Shown: positions 37,893 to 47,424 of the stretch, piece after piece
Position numbering within the stretch: the stretch's first letter is position 1
How the letters are laid out: every line of letters starts with the position of its first letter
IMG/VR virus record: IMGVR_UViG_3300042923_000281
Coordinates: 1-64,000 of that record
Reading direction: 5' to 3' (one strand)
DNA length: 64,000 nucleotides
Notes under the pieces: generated by a model
Databases searched by the model: none
Seen by the model: only the letters and a program-made list of their open reading frames with translations
Told to the model about the DNA's origin: nothing
Position numbers and translations under genes: made by a program

Positions 37893-40372
37893 GCAATCTC
37901 CACATGTTCGTTGTACGTCCGCGTCATGGAGACATGTGTATCGTCCATTACCACGATCTGACTGTTAGGGTAACTATTCTGGCTCTCGAAGGAGTGACTG
38001 ATGAAGAACACCTGCGAATAGGTGTCATCGTCAATCAGGTCTTTGATGGCCAGTGTCAGGTTCAGGCGGTGGACTTCATCGAACGTGCGACCCAATTCAT
38101 CGAGATACAGCGGGAATTGCTGCAACTCAAGGAACTTGTACACCACCAGAATGAACGCTTGGTTGACAATGTCAACTTGGCTGTCTGACCCATACTTGAT
38201 GTCAGGGATCAGGTTATCCGAGGAGTGCACGTAGATCGGGAACTTGTAGTCCAGCTCGCCCCCTTCAAGGTTGCAAGTGTCCAACGCAAGGTTGTAACCC
38301 CATACCTTAGCAATAACGTCGTTGATCGCGCCAATGAAGGTATTGATGAAGACCATGATCTGTTCAGCGATGATCCCATCTTTAGGGGACAGGAGTCGCT
38401 CCAACTGGATCAGGGCTTCTTCTTCATCACGGGCATCCTCGAGTGACCGGTTAAGGTCATTGATGATGCCCATCTGGACTTCAGCCTCAGCCAACGACTG
38501 TTCCAGCATACCGAGTTGGACTTGGTGACGCTTGACCTGTGCCTCAACTTCTTCCACGGCCACGAACTTGGTCATGTTGTCCATCAGTTCATTGAGGCGA
38601 GCCATGCCCATCTCAACGGTCCGACTGATTTCACGTGCCTCGATCATGCGAGCGTGGAATTGCTCGACGTCCTTCAGTGTTACCCGAGCGTCCATCAGGT
38701 GTTGTTTCAGGTCCAAGACCCGATCACCCAAGGAGTTGGCCACTTCACGCAAATGACCGGACTTGTCCATGCGTGCCAAAGCTGCTTCACGTTCCCGCAG
38801 AGGATGTAACTCACGCTCAAGGTCAGCGATGGCCATGTTGGTCTTCACGTCACCCATGAACTGCGTGCAGAGTGGGATCAGACCACGCCCTACACGGAAG
38901 CCACCATTGCGGTTAATGACATCCCACAGTGCATCGAGGTCAGGGTTGCGATCACGGAGCTGCTGAACGGCGTACAAGCCTTCGCCAACGGTGTTCGCTT
39001 CCTGAATCCACGTACCAATGCTGTCGATCTTCTCCTGCATCGACTGACGGAACGCATAGCCCTTAGACAACGAGGCTTTGATCTCGTCTTCCTCACTGAC
39101 ATTCACGCCTTCTTTGAACGTGTGGTTGCAGTTTGGGCACAGCGTGGACTTGCAGTTGCGGATGTGCTCGAGGCGGTACTCCAATTCCCCGATCCGAGAC
39201 TGACCTTTCATCATGTTGTTCTGATGATCGGCCAGTTCACGCTGCTTGGCGACGTAGATGTTGCGATCCAAGTACGTGTCGTCTTGAATGTTGACCTGAT
39301 GGAGCAGGTTCATCACTTCGTTGATGGTCGAGAAGCAGTATTCGCTCACTGGGAGACGACTGCCTTCGGTCACCAACTTGAAACGGGCTATCAAGTCCTG
39401 TTTCTTGTCGCACAGTTCCGTGATTCGCTCGGCCAGTTCCTTCGGATTGATCTCCTCCAGCTCTGTCAGGTCATGCAACTGCTTGTCGATCTCGTGATGA
39501 CGCTCTGAGACCTCCTGTAAGGCCGCCTCAAGCATTTGCACACGGGACTTGAGGCTATCCTTGAGTTGGACGACCTCATCGTTACCGGTGTCTGTGACGA
39601 TCGCAGGCGCTGAACCCTTCAAGTACTTGGTGCGTTGTAGCAGACCGTCAATGTCAGCCAGCAACTCATGGTACTCGCGCTCGTAATGAGCGAAGGTTGG
39701 AGCCAACCCATCCCGACGAGAGACCTGATGCAGCTTCATCAACCGATCGTAGACTTCTGCTGACTGTTTACGCAGGGTCTGGAAGGTATCGTCGTCGATC
39801 TTCTTCGCAGTCTCGTTAACCAATCGGCCAGAGAGGTGCTTGATGACCGCGTTAGTGTCTCGGACAGCCCGCTTGATCCGACCGTGCAGTTTAATGACGT
39901 AGTCGAAGTCCGCAGAAGAGAGCAGAGTGATCCACTCACGACGTTGGATACTGCTCATCTCAGTGAACTTGAGCTGACCGGTCAGCACTTCATGCAACGC
40001 GTTGGTCATGCCGAAGTGTTCACGGACCAGTTCACGTTGAACCGCCCCCGTGTGACCTTCGTTCAGCTCTTCGAACTCTTCCTCGTTGAGCCAGACCTTG
40101 AAACTGTGGGACATGGCCTTACCGGCGTATTCGCTACGCAGTTCGTACATGCGACCATTGTTGAACACCTTGACGTATTTGTAGCCACCTTTCTCAAAGT
40201 CGTCTTTCTCGCCTGGGAGGACACTGAAGCCTACCTTGAGTAGACTTGACTTACCCGAACCATTGGTACCCAGTACAATCTGGGTCTTGAGGCTTGGGGT
40301 GATCCTCAGGGTCTCAATGCCCTTGAGATAAAAACGATTGCATCGGTGTAAGACCATTTCAGAAATAAACAT
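37889..40372 (-). CDS. sbcC: SbcC/Rad50-like SMC ATPase
   Basis: Walker A GTNGSGKS, coiled coils, zinc hook CPNC, Walker B LYLDELG, H-loop FISH. Confidence 0.9.
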   Translation of the reverse strand: MFISEMVLHRCNRFYLKGIETLRITPSLKTQIVLGTNGSGKSSLLKVGFSVLPGEKDDFEKGGYKYVKVFNNGRMYELRSEYAGKAMSHSFKVWLNEEEFEELNEGHTGAVQRELVREHFGMTNALHEVLTGQLKFTEMSSIQRREWITLLSSADFDYVIKLHGRIKRAVRDTNAVIKHLSGRLVNETAKKIDDDTFQTLRKQSAEVYDRLMKLHQVSRRDGLAPTFAHYEREYHELLADIDGLLQRTKYLKGSAPAIVTDTGNDEVVQLKDSLKSRVQMLEAALQEVSERHHEIDKQLHDLTELEEINPKELAERITELCDKKQDLIARFKLVTEGSRLPVSEYCFSTINEVMNLLHQVNIQDDTYLDRNIYVAKQRELADHQNNMMKGQSRIGELEYRLEHIRNCKSTLCPNCNHTFKEGVNVSEEDEIKASLSKGYAFRQSMQEKIDSIGTWIQEANTVGEGLYAVQQLRDRNPDLDALWDVINRNGGFRVGRGLIPLCTQFMGDVKTNMAIADLERELHPLREREAALARMDKSGHLREVANSLGDRVLDLKQHLMDARVTLKDVEQFHARMIEAREISRTVEMGMARLNELMDNMTKFVAVEEVEAQVKRHQVQLGMLEQSLAEAEVQMGIINDLNRSLEDARDEEEALIQLERLLSPKDGIIAEQIMVFINTFIGAINDVIAKVWGYNLALDTCNLEGGELDYKFPIYVHSSDNLIPDIKYGSDSQVDIVNQAFILVVYKFLELQQFPLYLDELGRTFDEVHRLNLTLAIKDLIDDDTYSQVFFISHSFESQNSYPNSQIVVMDDTHVSMTRTYNEHVEIA

Positions 40373-40437
40373 TAGCTAGGTCCTTCCCCTAATTCTGTAG
40401 GATAGGTCGTGGTGTTTCATTTTAACAAGAGGTGTCT

Positions 40438-41235
40438 ATGGCAGAACAATCCGCCAGTATGTTCCGTTTGGTGGCTGTCGGGACAGCTGCTGAAAACCTC
40501 AAGCTGGGGTCCGTCGAATTGATGGTCAACCCGCACGAGAAGCTGGGCTTCCAAGACGGTGAGACCGTCGATCGCGTCGACGCTATGGAATACGGTCACC
40601 AGAACAGTGACGGTAAAGAAAGCAGTGGTGTAGCGTTTGTGTCCGGTAACCATCCGGCCACATGGATTCCAGACAGCAACCGTAAAACCCCACCGAACAT
40701 CCGTCGGGGTGAGCGGATCAAGATCTACCAGTTCGGCGCTAACGAGAAGTACTACTGGCGTGTCTTTGGTCTGGACGATCACCTGCGGCGCTTGGAGACA
40801 GTGGTCTTCGGGATCAATGCCAACCCGGCTGAAGGGCAGGACGGGGCAGATCCAGAGAACATGTACTTCGTTGAATGGTCGGCTCACAAGAAGATGATCA
40901 CCCTGAGCACCAGTAACAAGAATGGTGAGGTGTGTACATACGACGTGCAGTTCGACATGGCTACCGGCAAGATCGTCATTCAGGACGACAAAGGCAACCA
41001 CATTCTGTTTGACACGGCGAACACGCACATCCTCATCAAGAACATGTTGGGGACGTTCATCGAGCTGAACAAGCAGGACATCAATGGGTACGCTCCGAAG
41101 AACATCAGTCTGACCGCTGATACGAACGTCGACGTCAAAGCCAAGAAGATCACCCTCAATGGGGGCGGCAGTATCTTCACACTGCAAGGTGGCGGCACGA
41201 CGCTCAAAACCCCACGTTTCGATGGAGGCAGCTAA
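40438..41235 (+). CDS. Baseplate central spike (gp5/VgrG-like)
   Basis: OB-fold-type TPPNIRRGE region, beta-helix-like C-terminus, followed by a PAAR gene. Confidence 0.75.
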   Translation: MAEQSASMFRLVAVGTAAENLKLGSVELMVNPHEKLGFQDGETVDRVDAMEYGHQNSDGKESSGVAFVSGNHPATWIPDSNRKTPPNIRRGERIKIYQFGANEKYYWRVFGLDDHLRRLETVVFGINANPAEGQDGADPENMYFVEWSAHKKMITLSTSNKNGEVCTYDVQFDMATGKIVIQDDKGNHILFDTANTHILIKNMLGTFIELNKQDINGYAPKNISLTADTNVDVKAKKITLNGGGSIFTLQGGGTTLKTPRFDGGS

Positions 41236-41501
41236 TGAGTAACCCCGTCTCGTTGGTCGGTGTCGATCAAGCCGGTGGAAAGATCCTCGGGCCAGGCAAA
41301 CCTAATTGGACATGGAACGGCATTCCGATGTCTGTCCAAGGCGATGCAGTAGAGCCACACGCTCCGGGACCTCACATGGCGGCTACGATCAAGACCGGCA
41401 GTCCATGGATGAGCATTGATGGCATTCCTGTCACTCGTGCTACCAGTCCGGCCACCTGTGATCACGTTGCTTCAGGTTCTGCGCAGATGTTCATCCCGTA
41501 A
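41235..41501 (+). CDS. PAAR-like spike tip protein
   Basis: 88 aa; GDAVEPH..GPH, IDGIPV, ATCDH. Confidence 0.8.
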   Translation: MSNPVSLVGVDQAGGKILGPGKPNWTWNGIPMSVQGDAVEPHAPGPHMAATIKTGSPWMSIDGIPVTRATSPATCDHVASGSAQMFIP

Positions 41502-41505
41502 TGCG

Positions 41506-41538
41506 GCATAGAGGAGGAGCCTAGGCTCCTCCTCTATG
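41506..41538. terminator. Bidirectional GCATA...TATG hairpin
   Basis: CATAGAGGAGGAGCCTAGGCTCCTCCTCTATG perfect palindrome. Confidence 0.7.
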
Positions 41539-41541
41539 TTG

Positions 41542-42837
41542 TCACTCAACCGGTTCCACGATCTCAACGGTGCTGGTGCTCCATTGGATCAGTTCACCCC
41601 GGGCAAAGGTCTGAGGCTGCGAAGAGACTCGCTTCTCATCCACCTTAGGTTGCAAGGTGTAGTCCGTGGTGTTCATGAAGCGGTGCTGGTACAGGTTGTT
41701 GCTGACCCGCAGTACCCAGACGCCATTCTCTTCTTCACTGACGTAGGAAGGCAGAGCCCCCAGTTCAGTGCGCAGTGGCCACAGTGGACGTTCGTCCAAG
41801 TAGAAGCGCCCTGGCAAGTGCGTACGGCCCGTCTGGATGACATCAGTCACCAGATGGTCCACTTCAATACCCACGATGAACGATTGACTCAAGGTCAACA
41901 GTTCCAGCATGCACTCGTTACTGTAGAACCCTTGCAGGTCGTAGTCGAGTTCATTGCCCGCAGCCACTTCATGGAAACGCTCCATGGACGTCTGGTCAAT
42001 GATGTACCGAGACGACATGTAACGCTCAAGGAATGGCAGACGACGCATCTCCACTTTCATGGAGTTGCTACCGATGACCTTGATGTCCTTCGTGGCCAAG
42101 TGCAGGTAACCGCCAATGACGATGCCCATGACCTTGTTGGTCGTGTCGAACGGAACCTTGACGTAGAAGTTGTACGACAGCTTCTTGGCTTCGTCAGGTT
42201 GGTAGACCATCTCAGGAGTGATCGAGGCTGTGTGAACACGCCCCAAGTTCTTGAAGCTGATCAGACCTACCAGAGCGCTCTGTGAACGACGGAATGTAGT
42301 CCCGCCATCCTTGATGTACGCTCCGTCACTGTCGGCATCCAGTCGGTGCACCAGGCCGTTAACCGTTGCCAGGCAATGGCGCTGCACATCGACGTAATCA
42401 ATGTCGATCTCTTGTTTGGCGTCTGCCTCAAGATCACGCTTGAGCCAGATGTCGGTCTTGTCCGCATCCAGCGCGTCGTTGAACGGTGAACCAATCGGTA
42501 GGCACAGGTCGAGCTTGTACCCAGCCTGCCAGGCATCACGTGCCAGTGCAGTATGAGTAGTCGGCTTAGGAATGCCCTTGACCGTAGGTAGTGTCAGGTT
42601 TCCATTTGCCGTCAGCCACTGAAGCACCGTCACGGTTTCCAGAACTGTCGCCAAGCGGTCATTGACGTCGGTCAATTTAAGCGTGTGTTTCTCACCAAGG
42701 ACTGGGTGAGTGAGGATTAGGTAGACTTCGGCATAAATGCGCAGGAGCGACTTTACCGGAATGTTGCTGACGTTCATTTCCTCGAATTTCACGTCAGGCT
42801 TTCGGTGTTTGACCAAAGCGCCTTGGTATTCGTACAT
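41542..42837 (-). CDS. Conserved virion structural protein
   Basis: 431 aa, GGAG RBS, CLATVNG motif; divergent from the tail-fibre genes. Confidence 0.7.
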   Translation of the reverse strand: MYEYQGALVKHRKPDVKFEEMNVSNIPVKSLLRIYAEVYLILTHPVLGEKHTLKLTDVNDRLATVLETVTVLQWLTANGNLTLPTVKGIPKPTTHTALARDAWQAGYKLDLCLPIGSPFNDALDADKTDIWLKRDLEADAKQEIDIDYVDVQRHCLATVNGLVHRLDADSDGAYIKDGGTTFRRSQSALVGLISFKNLGRVHTASITPEMVYQPDEAKKLSYNFYVKVPFDTTNKVMGIVIGGYLHLATKDIKVIGSNSMKVEMRRLPFLERYMSSRYIIDQTSMERFHEVAAGNELDYDLQGFYSNECMLELLTLSQSFIVGIEVDHLVTDVIQTGRTHLPGRFYLDERPLWPLRTELGALPSYVSEEENGVWVLRVSNNLYQHRFMNTTDYTLQPKVDEKRVSSQPQTFARGELIQWSTSTVEIVEPVE

Positions 42838-42982
42838 TTATCGAGTCTCCCACGATAATGGTATGCCAGTTGTCTGATATTCAATATTAGACAAGCTTCG
42901 TTTTTAAGTAACGCCCCAAAGATTTCACGGCCCCTTTTCCAAGCGGCATCTGAACCGATGGAGATCCCAACGGAGAGCATAA

Positions 42983-45373
42983 ATGAGTACTGTCCTTCCA
43001 CAATACCCTTTCGATCCGACGGGTGTCGCGGCAACAAACAAGGTGACCGAGACCCAATCGATTCGTTCGCGGGGTACATTCGATCATTATTTCATCATTC
43101 CGCGCAGCGGTCCGTTCTACGCCACTGGCGTGAAACTGCGACTGTATCCGCAGGGTGCAAACGTCAACAACCCATCGTTGGGTGTCGACCTTCACGAAGG
43201 CGAACACTACAACTTCGGGTATCACTTCGCTTACGCGTCTCATACCATTGGTTTGCCGGTCTACGGCGCCATCACGTTCTACGACCGCAATCTCGAAGGT
43301 CAGCTCCGTATGGAGTACCAGACCCTCGGTGACGATTGGGTACTGGACGATCAGAAGTTCGCTGAGCTTCTGCTTAATGTGGCGTACAACCCGCGCATTG
43401 CAAACTGGGAACAGGTGGTTGAACTGCCTCGTGAATTCCCGGTGGTCAACCATGACTTCAACATTGACGACTTTGTCGGCATGTCGGAAGTGGTTGATGA
43501 GTTGGCGGACATCGAGAAGGCCTTGCTTCAACAAGGCGTCGGCGGTATCGCAGAACACATCGCTGACAAGTCCAACCCTCACGCGGTGACCAAATCGCAA
43601 GTGGGTCTGGCACTGGTGGATAACTTCCCGACTGCTACAGTAGGTGAAGCAACCGCCGCGGTGGCCAATAACCGTTTTATGACGCCTCTGCGAACCAAGC
43701 AGTTGATCGATGCCGTTGCCACTGCTGCGCTCAATGCGCACATGGCCGACATGAACAACCCGCACCAGGTGACCAAGGCGCAAGTCGGTCTGGGGAGTGT
43801 ACAGAACTTTGCCCTGGCCTCTCAGGCTGAAGCTGAAGCCGGTGCCTCGAACGCCCGCTACATGACTCCCCTGCGGACTCGTGAAGCCATCGAAGCCATT
43901 GTCGGTGGAAAGATCGACACGCACATCGCCGACAAGAACAACCCTCATGCCACTACCAAGGCACAGGTTGGCTTGGGCAACGTCGTTAACATTGGTATCG
44001 CAACCAATGCGGCGGCTTTGTCTGGTGCGGACGACTCCGGCATCATTACTCCACGACTGCTGTCGCTGGTGTTGAGTGAAACAGTGGGGTCGGGTGTTAC
44101 TGACCACATCAACAACTTCAACAACCCGCACGGCACCACCAAGTCTCAAGTAGGCTTGGGTAGCGTTGAAAACTTCGGTATTGCCACTCCTGCTGAAGCC
44201 GCTGATGCCACGGCCAACAACAAGTACATGACTCCTCTGGCGGTTCGTCAGGCGATCAATGCCTTGGTGGGTGACAGTTCGAATGCTCACGTCAGTGACT
44301 TCAACAACCCGCACAAGGTGACCGCGGCTCAGGTGGGTACCTACACCGAGCAAGAGATCGATGCGCTGTTGCTGGACAAGCTGGACGTCAACACAGCGGC
44401 GTCTAACGCCCTGAAGGTCTACGGCTTGACGCAGCCTCAGTTGGCAGCGTGGGTCGGTCAGCAGAAGGCAGGTGACTCCCTCCTGTTCGACGGCAAGACC
44501 TACATCGATGTCATGAACACGTTCCTCGCCAGTAAGGTTGCTGACACGTCGAAGTTTGACGGTAAGACCTACGCTGAAGTGAAGCAGGACATGGCAGGCC
44601 AAGTGGCGGGCAGCAAGATCCAATACGCTGTCCCAGAAATGCCACTGTTGATCGACGGCACAGGTAATGAAGTCCCTGCTCCGGTCCACTGGATCTTGCT
44701 GGGTAGCTTCAAGGCTCCAATCAATGGCCTGCATGCAGATCTGACGTTGATGCTGACCGGTGGTCGTAACGACGAATCCCTCAATGCCGATAAGCAACAC
44801 ACGGCGCTGCTGGAGATCGGTGCGACGTACGATCAGGAAGGTGGTGTGGGTGACTTCACTCTGCATCCTCGTGGTGCGGCAGTCAAACACATGTCGGCTG
44901 GTGCGTACCCAATGACCTTGGGCTTTGTGGTGACAGGTACCAACCTGAACTCGAAGATCGATGTCTACCTTAAAGGTGTAGGGCAGCGCAACCCGATCAA
45001 CATCACCGAGCTGTCGGACAAGCTCTGGATTCCGGCTACGTTCCCGGCGTGGGAAGATCTGGCTGACGTCGTCACTGTGGAACCTGCTGGGATTGTGTAT
45101 CCAGCGGTCTTCACGGACGGTACTGCTGACATCGCGGCATTGCAGGCTTTCCAAGCCCGTCGTGATAACCCACACGCGGTAACCAAGGCACAAGTAGGAC
45201 TTGGCTCTACGCCGAACTACGCTGCGGCCACCAACGCCCAGGCGGTTACAGGCACTGCAACGAACCTGTTGATGACTCCTGCTACAACCACCGCCAAAGT
45301 CGATGATTCTATCGGCAAGATGTGCGATGAGTTGATTACGGTCATTGATGCGTCGATGCCGCTGTTCGCTTGA
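42983..45373 (+). CDS. Tail fibre-like protein with NPH repeats
   Basis: YPFDPTG baseplate-anchor N-terminus; six NPHxxTxxQVG repeats. Confidence 0.8.
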   Translation: MSTVLPQYPFDPTGVAATNKVTETQSIRSRGTFDHYFIIPRSGPFYATGVKLRLYPQGANVNNPSLGVDLHEGEHYNFGYHFAYASHTIGLPVYGAITFYDRNLEGQLRMEYQTLGDDWVLDDQKFAELLLNVAYNPRIANWEQVVELPREFPVVNHDFNIDDFVGMSEVVDELADIEKALLQQGVGGIAEHIADKSNPHAVTKSQVGLALVDNFPTATVGEATAAVANNRFMTPLRTKQLIDAVATAALNAHMADMNNPHQVTKAQVGLGSVQNFALASQAEAEAGASNARYMTPLRTREAIEAIVGGKIDTHIADKNNPHATTKAQVGLGNVVNIGIATNAAALSGADDSGIITPRLLSLVLSETVGSGVTDHINNFNNPHGTTKSQVGLGSVENFGIATPAEAADATANNKYMTPLAVRQAINALVGDSSNAHVSDFNNPHKVTAAQVGTYTEQEIDALLLDKLDVNTAASNALKVYGLTQPQLAAWVGQQKAGDSLLFDGKTYIDVMNTFLASKVADTSKFDGKTYAEVKQDMAGQVAGSKIQYAVPEMPLLIDGTGNEVPAPVHWILLGSFKAPINGLHADLTLMLTGGRNDESLNADKQHTALLEIGATYDQEGGVGDFTLHPRGAAVKHMSAGAYPMTLGFVVTGTNLNSKIDVYLKGVGQRNPINITELSDKLWIPATFPAWEDLADVVTVEPAGIVYPAVFTDGTADIAALQAFQARRDNPHAVTKAQVGLGSTPNYAAATNAQAVTGTATNLLMTPATTTAKVDDSIGKMCDELITVIDASMPLFA

Positions 45374-46680
45374 TCTTGAGACACGCTGCGTCTAACGGCG
45401 TAGCGTGTTGTTTTCGAAACTATTCGGATGATGGAGTTTCTCCATGAGTGTACCACCGATTATCCAGTACCCTCTTGACCTAGACGGTACGTCACCGACG
45501 AATAAGATCGTTGGTGAGCGACGGGAGATCAGTACAAACACGGCTCGCGCGTTTGTTCCCAAAGCAGGTCCTTTCTACACCAGCTCGTTTGTCATCATCA
45601 ACGCAGACACCGGTAAGCCACTGGTGCCGGTAGACGACTACGTGTTGGTTCAACCGTTCTCTCAGGCTTCCTTGCGAAGCGGTAAGGACGTGCAGTGTGC
45701 GGTGGTCCTTAAAGTGCAGGCCCCTATCACGGTGATCATGGATTACCAAGTGGTCGGCGGTGAGTACTCGTGGAACCTGTCGGCTCTGGCTGACTTGATC
45801 GCGCAACTGAACCTCGATGACCGTCCTATCAAATGGGGTTCCATCATCGGGCGTCCTACGGCGTATCCACCGGCTCCGCACATCCACGACATCGGCGATA
45901 CCTACGGCTGGGAATACGTGGTGTGGCAATTGGAGCGGATCACCAACGCGATTCTGGTCGGTGATGAAGCGTCTCACGATGAACTGCGTCAACAGATGCA
46001 ATTCATTCGGGATCAACTGCAAGCGAACATCGATGCAGTGGACCTGAAGATCGACAATCACCTGAATGACTTCAACAACCCACACCAGACCACGAAAGCT
46101 CAGGTCGGTTTGTCGTTGGTGGAGAACTATCAGGTTGCGTCGAACGCCGAGGCTCTGGCGGGTACTGTGGGCAACCGTTACATGACCCCAACCTTGGTGG
46201 CGATTCTGGCTAACCGTATCTCTCAGGAGATCACGGACGCTCACGAAGCCAAGAAGAACAACCCTCACGCCGTTACAAAGGCGCAGGTTGGTCTGGGCAG
46301 TGTCGACAACTTTGCCACGGCTACCCAAGCCCAAGCAGAAGCTGGTGCCGCGACTAACGTGTTCATGACACCGCAGCGCACGTACCAGGCGATCATGGTG
46401 TTCGCAGGTAACAAGATCAACCAGCACGTGGCGGACATGAACAACCCGCACAACACCACGAAAGCACAGGTTGGCCTTGGCTTGGTTGACAACTTCCAGA
46501 CTGCCACGGCAGCAGAAGCTCAGCAAGGCATCCTGAACGATCGGTTTATGACCCCTGCTCGTACCAAGGCGGCTATTGATGCCATGGTCGGTAACGTCAT
46601 CAACCAGCACATCTCGAACTTCAACAATCCACACAACACGACCAAAGCGCAAGTGGGGTTGGGGAACATCCCTAACAACA
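43550..46680 (+). repeat. Degenerate ~180-nt coding repeats (NPH..TKAQVGLG) in both fibre genes
   Basis: Recurring AACAACCCGCAC...AAGGCGCAAGTCGGT-like blocks. Confidence 0.8.
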
Positions 46681-46889
46681 TCACGCGTGCTCGTGGGTTG
46701 AACTCCGACGATTACCTGTTGACCGCCGGTGGCATGTTCGATCACGTGAACTCCGCTGACCACGATGCCCGTTACGCTCCGAAGAACGCTGCGGGTGTTG
46801 ACTGCTCGGTGCACTGGAACGGCAACGCCGCCTACATCTGGGGTGGTGGTGCGTGGCGCCAAGTCTGGCCGCCTCTGTGGCAAGACTGA
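45444..46889 (+). CDS. Second tail fibre-like protein with NPH repeats
   Basis: Paralogous YPLDLDG N-terminus, four repeats, Trp-rich end WGGGAWRQVWPPLWQD. Confidence 0.8.
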   Translation: MSVPPIIQYPLDLDGTSPTNKIVGERREISTNTARAFVPKAGPFYTSSFVIINADTGKPLVPVDDYVLVQPFSQASLRSGKDVQCAVVLKVQAPITVIMDYQVVGGEYSWNLSALADLIAQLNLDDRPIKWGSIIGRPTAYPPAPHIHDIGDTYGWEYVVWQLERITNAILVGDEASHDELRQQMQFIRDQLQANIDAVDLKIDNHLNDFNNPHQTTKAQVGLSLVENYQVASNAEALAGTVGNRYMTPTLVAILANRISQEITDAHEAKKNNPHAVTKAQVGLGSVDNFATATQAQAEAGAATNVFMTPQRTYQAIMVFAGNKINQHVADMNNPHNTTKAQVGLGLVDNFQTATAAEAQQGILNDRFMTPARTKAAIDAMVGNVINQHISNFNNPHNTTKAQVGLGNIPNNITRARGLNSDDYLLTAGGMFDHVNSADHDARYAPKNAAGVDCSVHWNGNAAYIWGGGAWRQVWPPLWQD

Positions 46890-46917
46890 TGTAAAACTAC
46901 CGCTTGAGGACTGCATC

Positions 46918-47424
46918 ATGTTTCAACGAATGGAAAACCTGTTCACTGAAATCAGTGAAGAACTGCTGGACCTCGATGTCCTGATGATGAGTCCTCATGT
47001 GTACGAGCAGGGCTTGGTGAAGTTTATCAAGAACGGCGGTAGTCACGATGTTTTCACTATTTCTGATTACCTTGAGATCGACGACTGTCCTGTCAAGGTA
47101 GAAGGCATGGAACGCCTCAACAGAACCATGTGGAACGTCTGTAAACGGTTGGCAGATCACTTCGGCCATGATGGCCCGGTGACCTGTCACCTGTTTATCT
47201 CCCCAAGGGACGGGGTAAGTTTCCCTATGCACACTGACTTGGACGATGTGGTTATCTACATGGTCACAGGACAAAAGACTTTCGAGTCACTGGACGGGTC
47301 GATGGACCTTGTAGCCGGTGACGCTATCTACATCCCGAGAGGTACGGAACACCGTGCCATCAACACTGACAGTTCCTTGATGCTGAGTTTCGGCCTGGAA
47401 CTCTTCACGGAAGCTAAACTGTGA
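46918..47424 (+). CDS. JmjC/cupin (RoxA/NO66-like) 2OG-Fe(II) hydroxylase
   Basis: FPMHTD..D, G-K, L.AGDAIYIPRGTEH; GAGGA RBS. Confidence 0.75.
   Translation: MFQRMENLFTEISEELLDLDVLMMSPHVYEQGLVKFIKNGGSHDVFTISDYLEIDDCPVKVEGMERLNRTMWNVCKRLADHFGHDGPVTCHLFISPRDGVSFPMHTDLDDVVIYMVTGQKTFESLDGSMDLVAGDAIYIPRGTEHRAINTDSSLMLSFGLELFTEAKL

Noticed and set aside
43550-46680. Periodic DNA repeats as a possible CRISPR array or DGR template/variable repeats
   Set aside because: The repeats are degenerate at third codon positions inside the fibre ORFs. There are no identical repeats with spacers, and no reverse transcriptase or cas genes in the window.
389-46919. Many long antisense ORFs (e.g. 389..1366, 5369..6991, 10939..12465, 18604..20394, 42887..45193, 45492..46919)
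   Set aside because: They mirror real genes with strong codon bias, have odd V/D/H/Q-rich composition and show no recognisable motifs.
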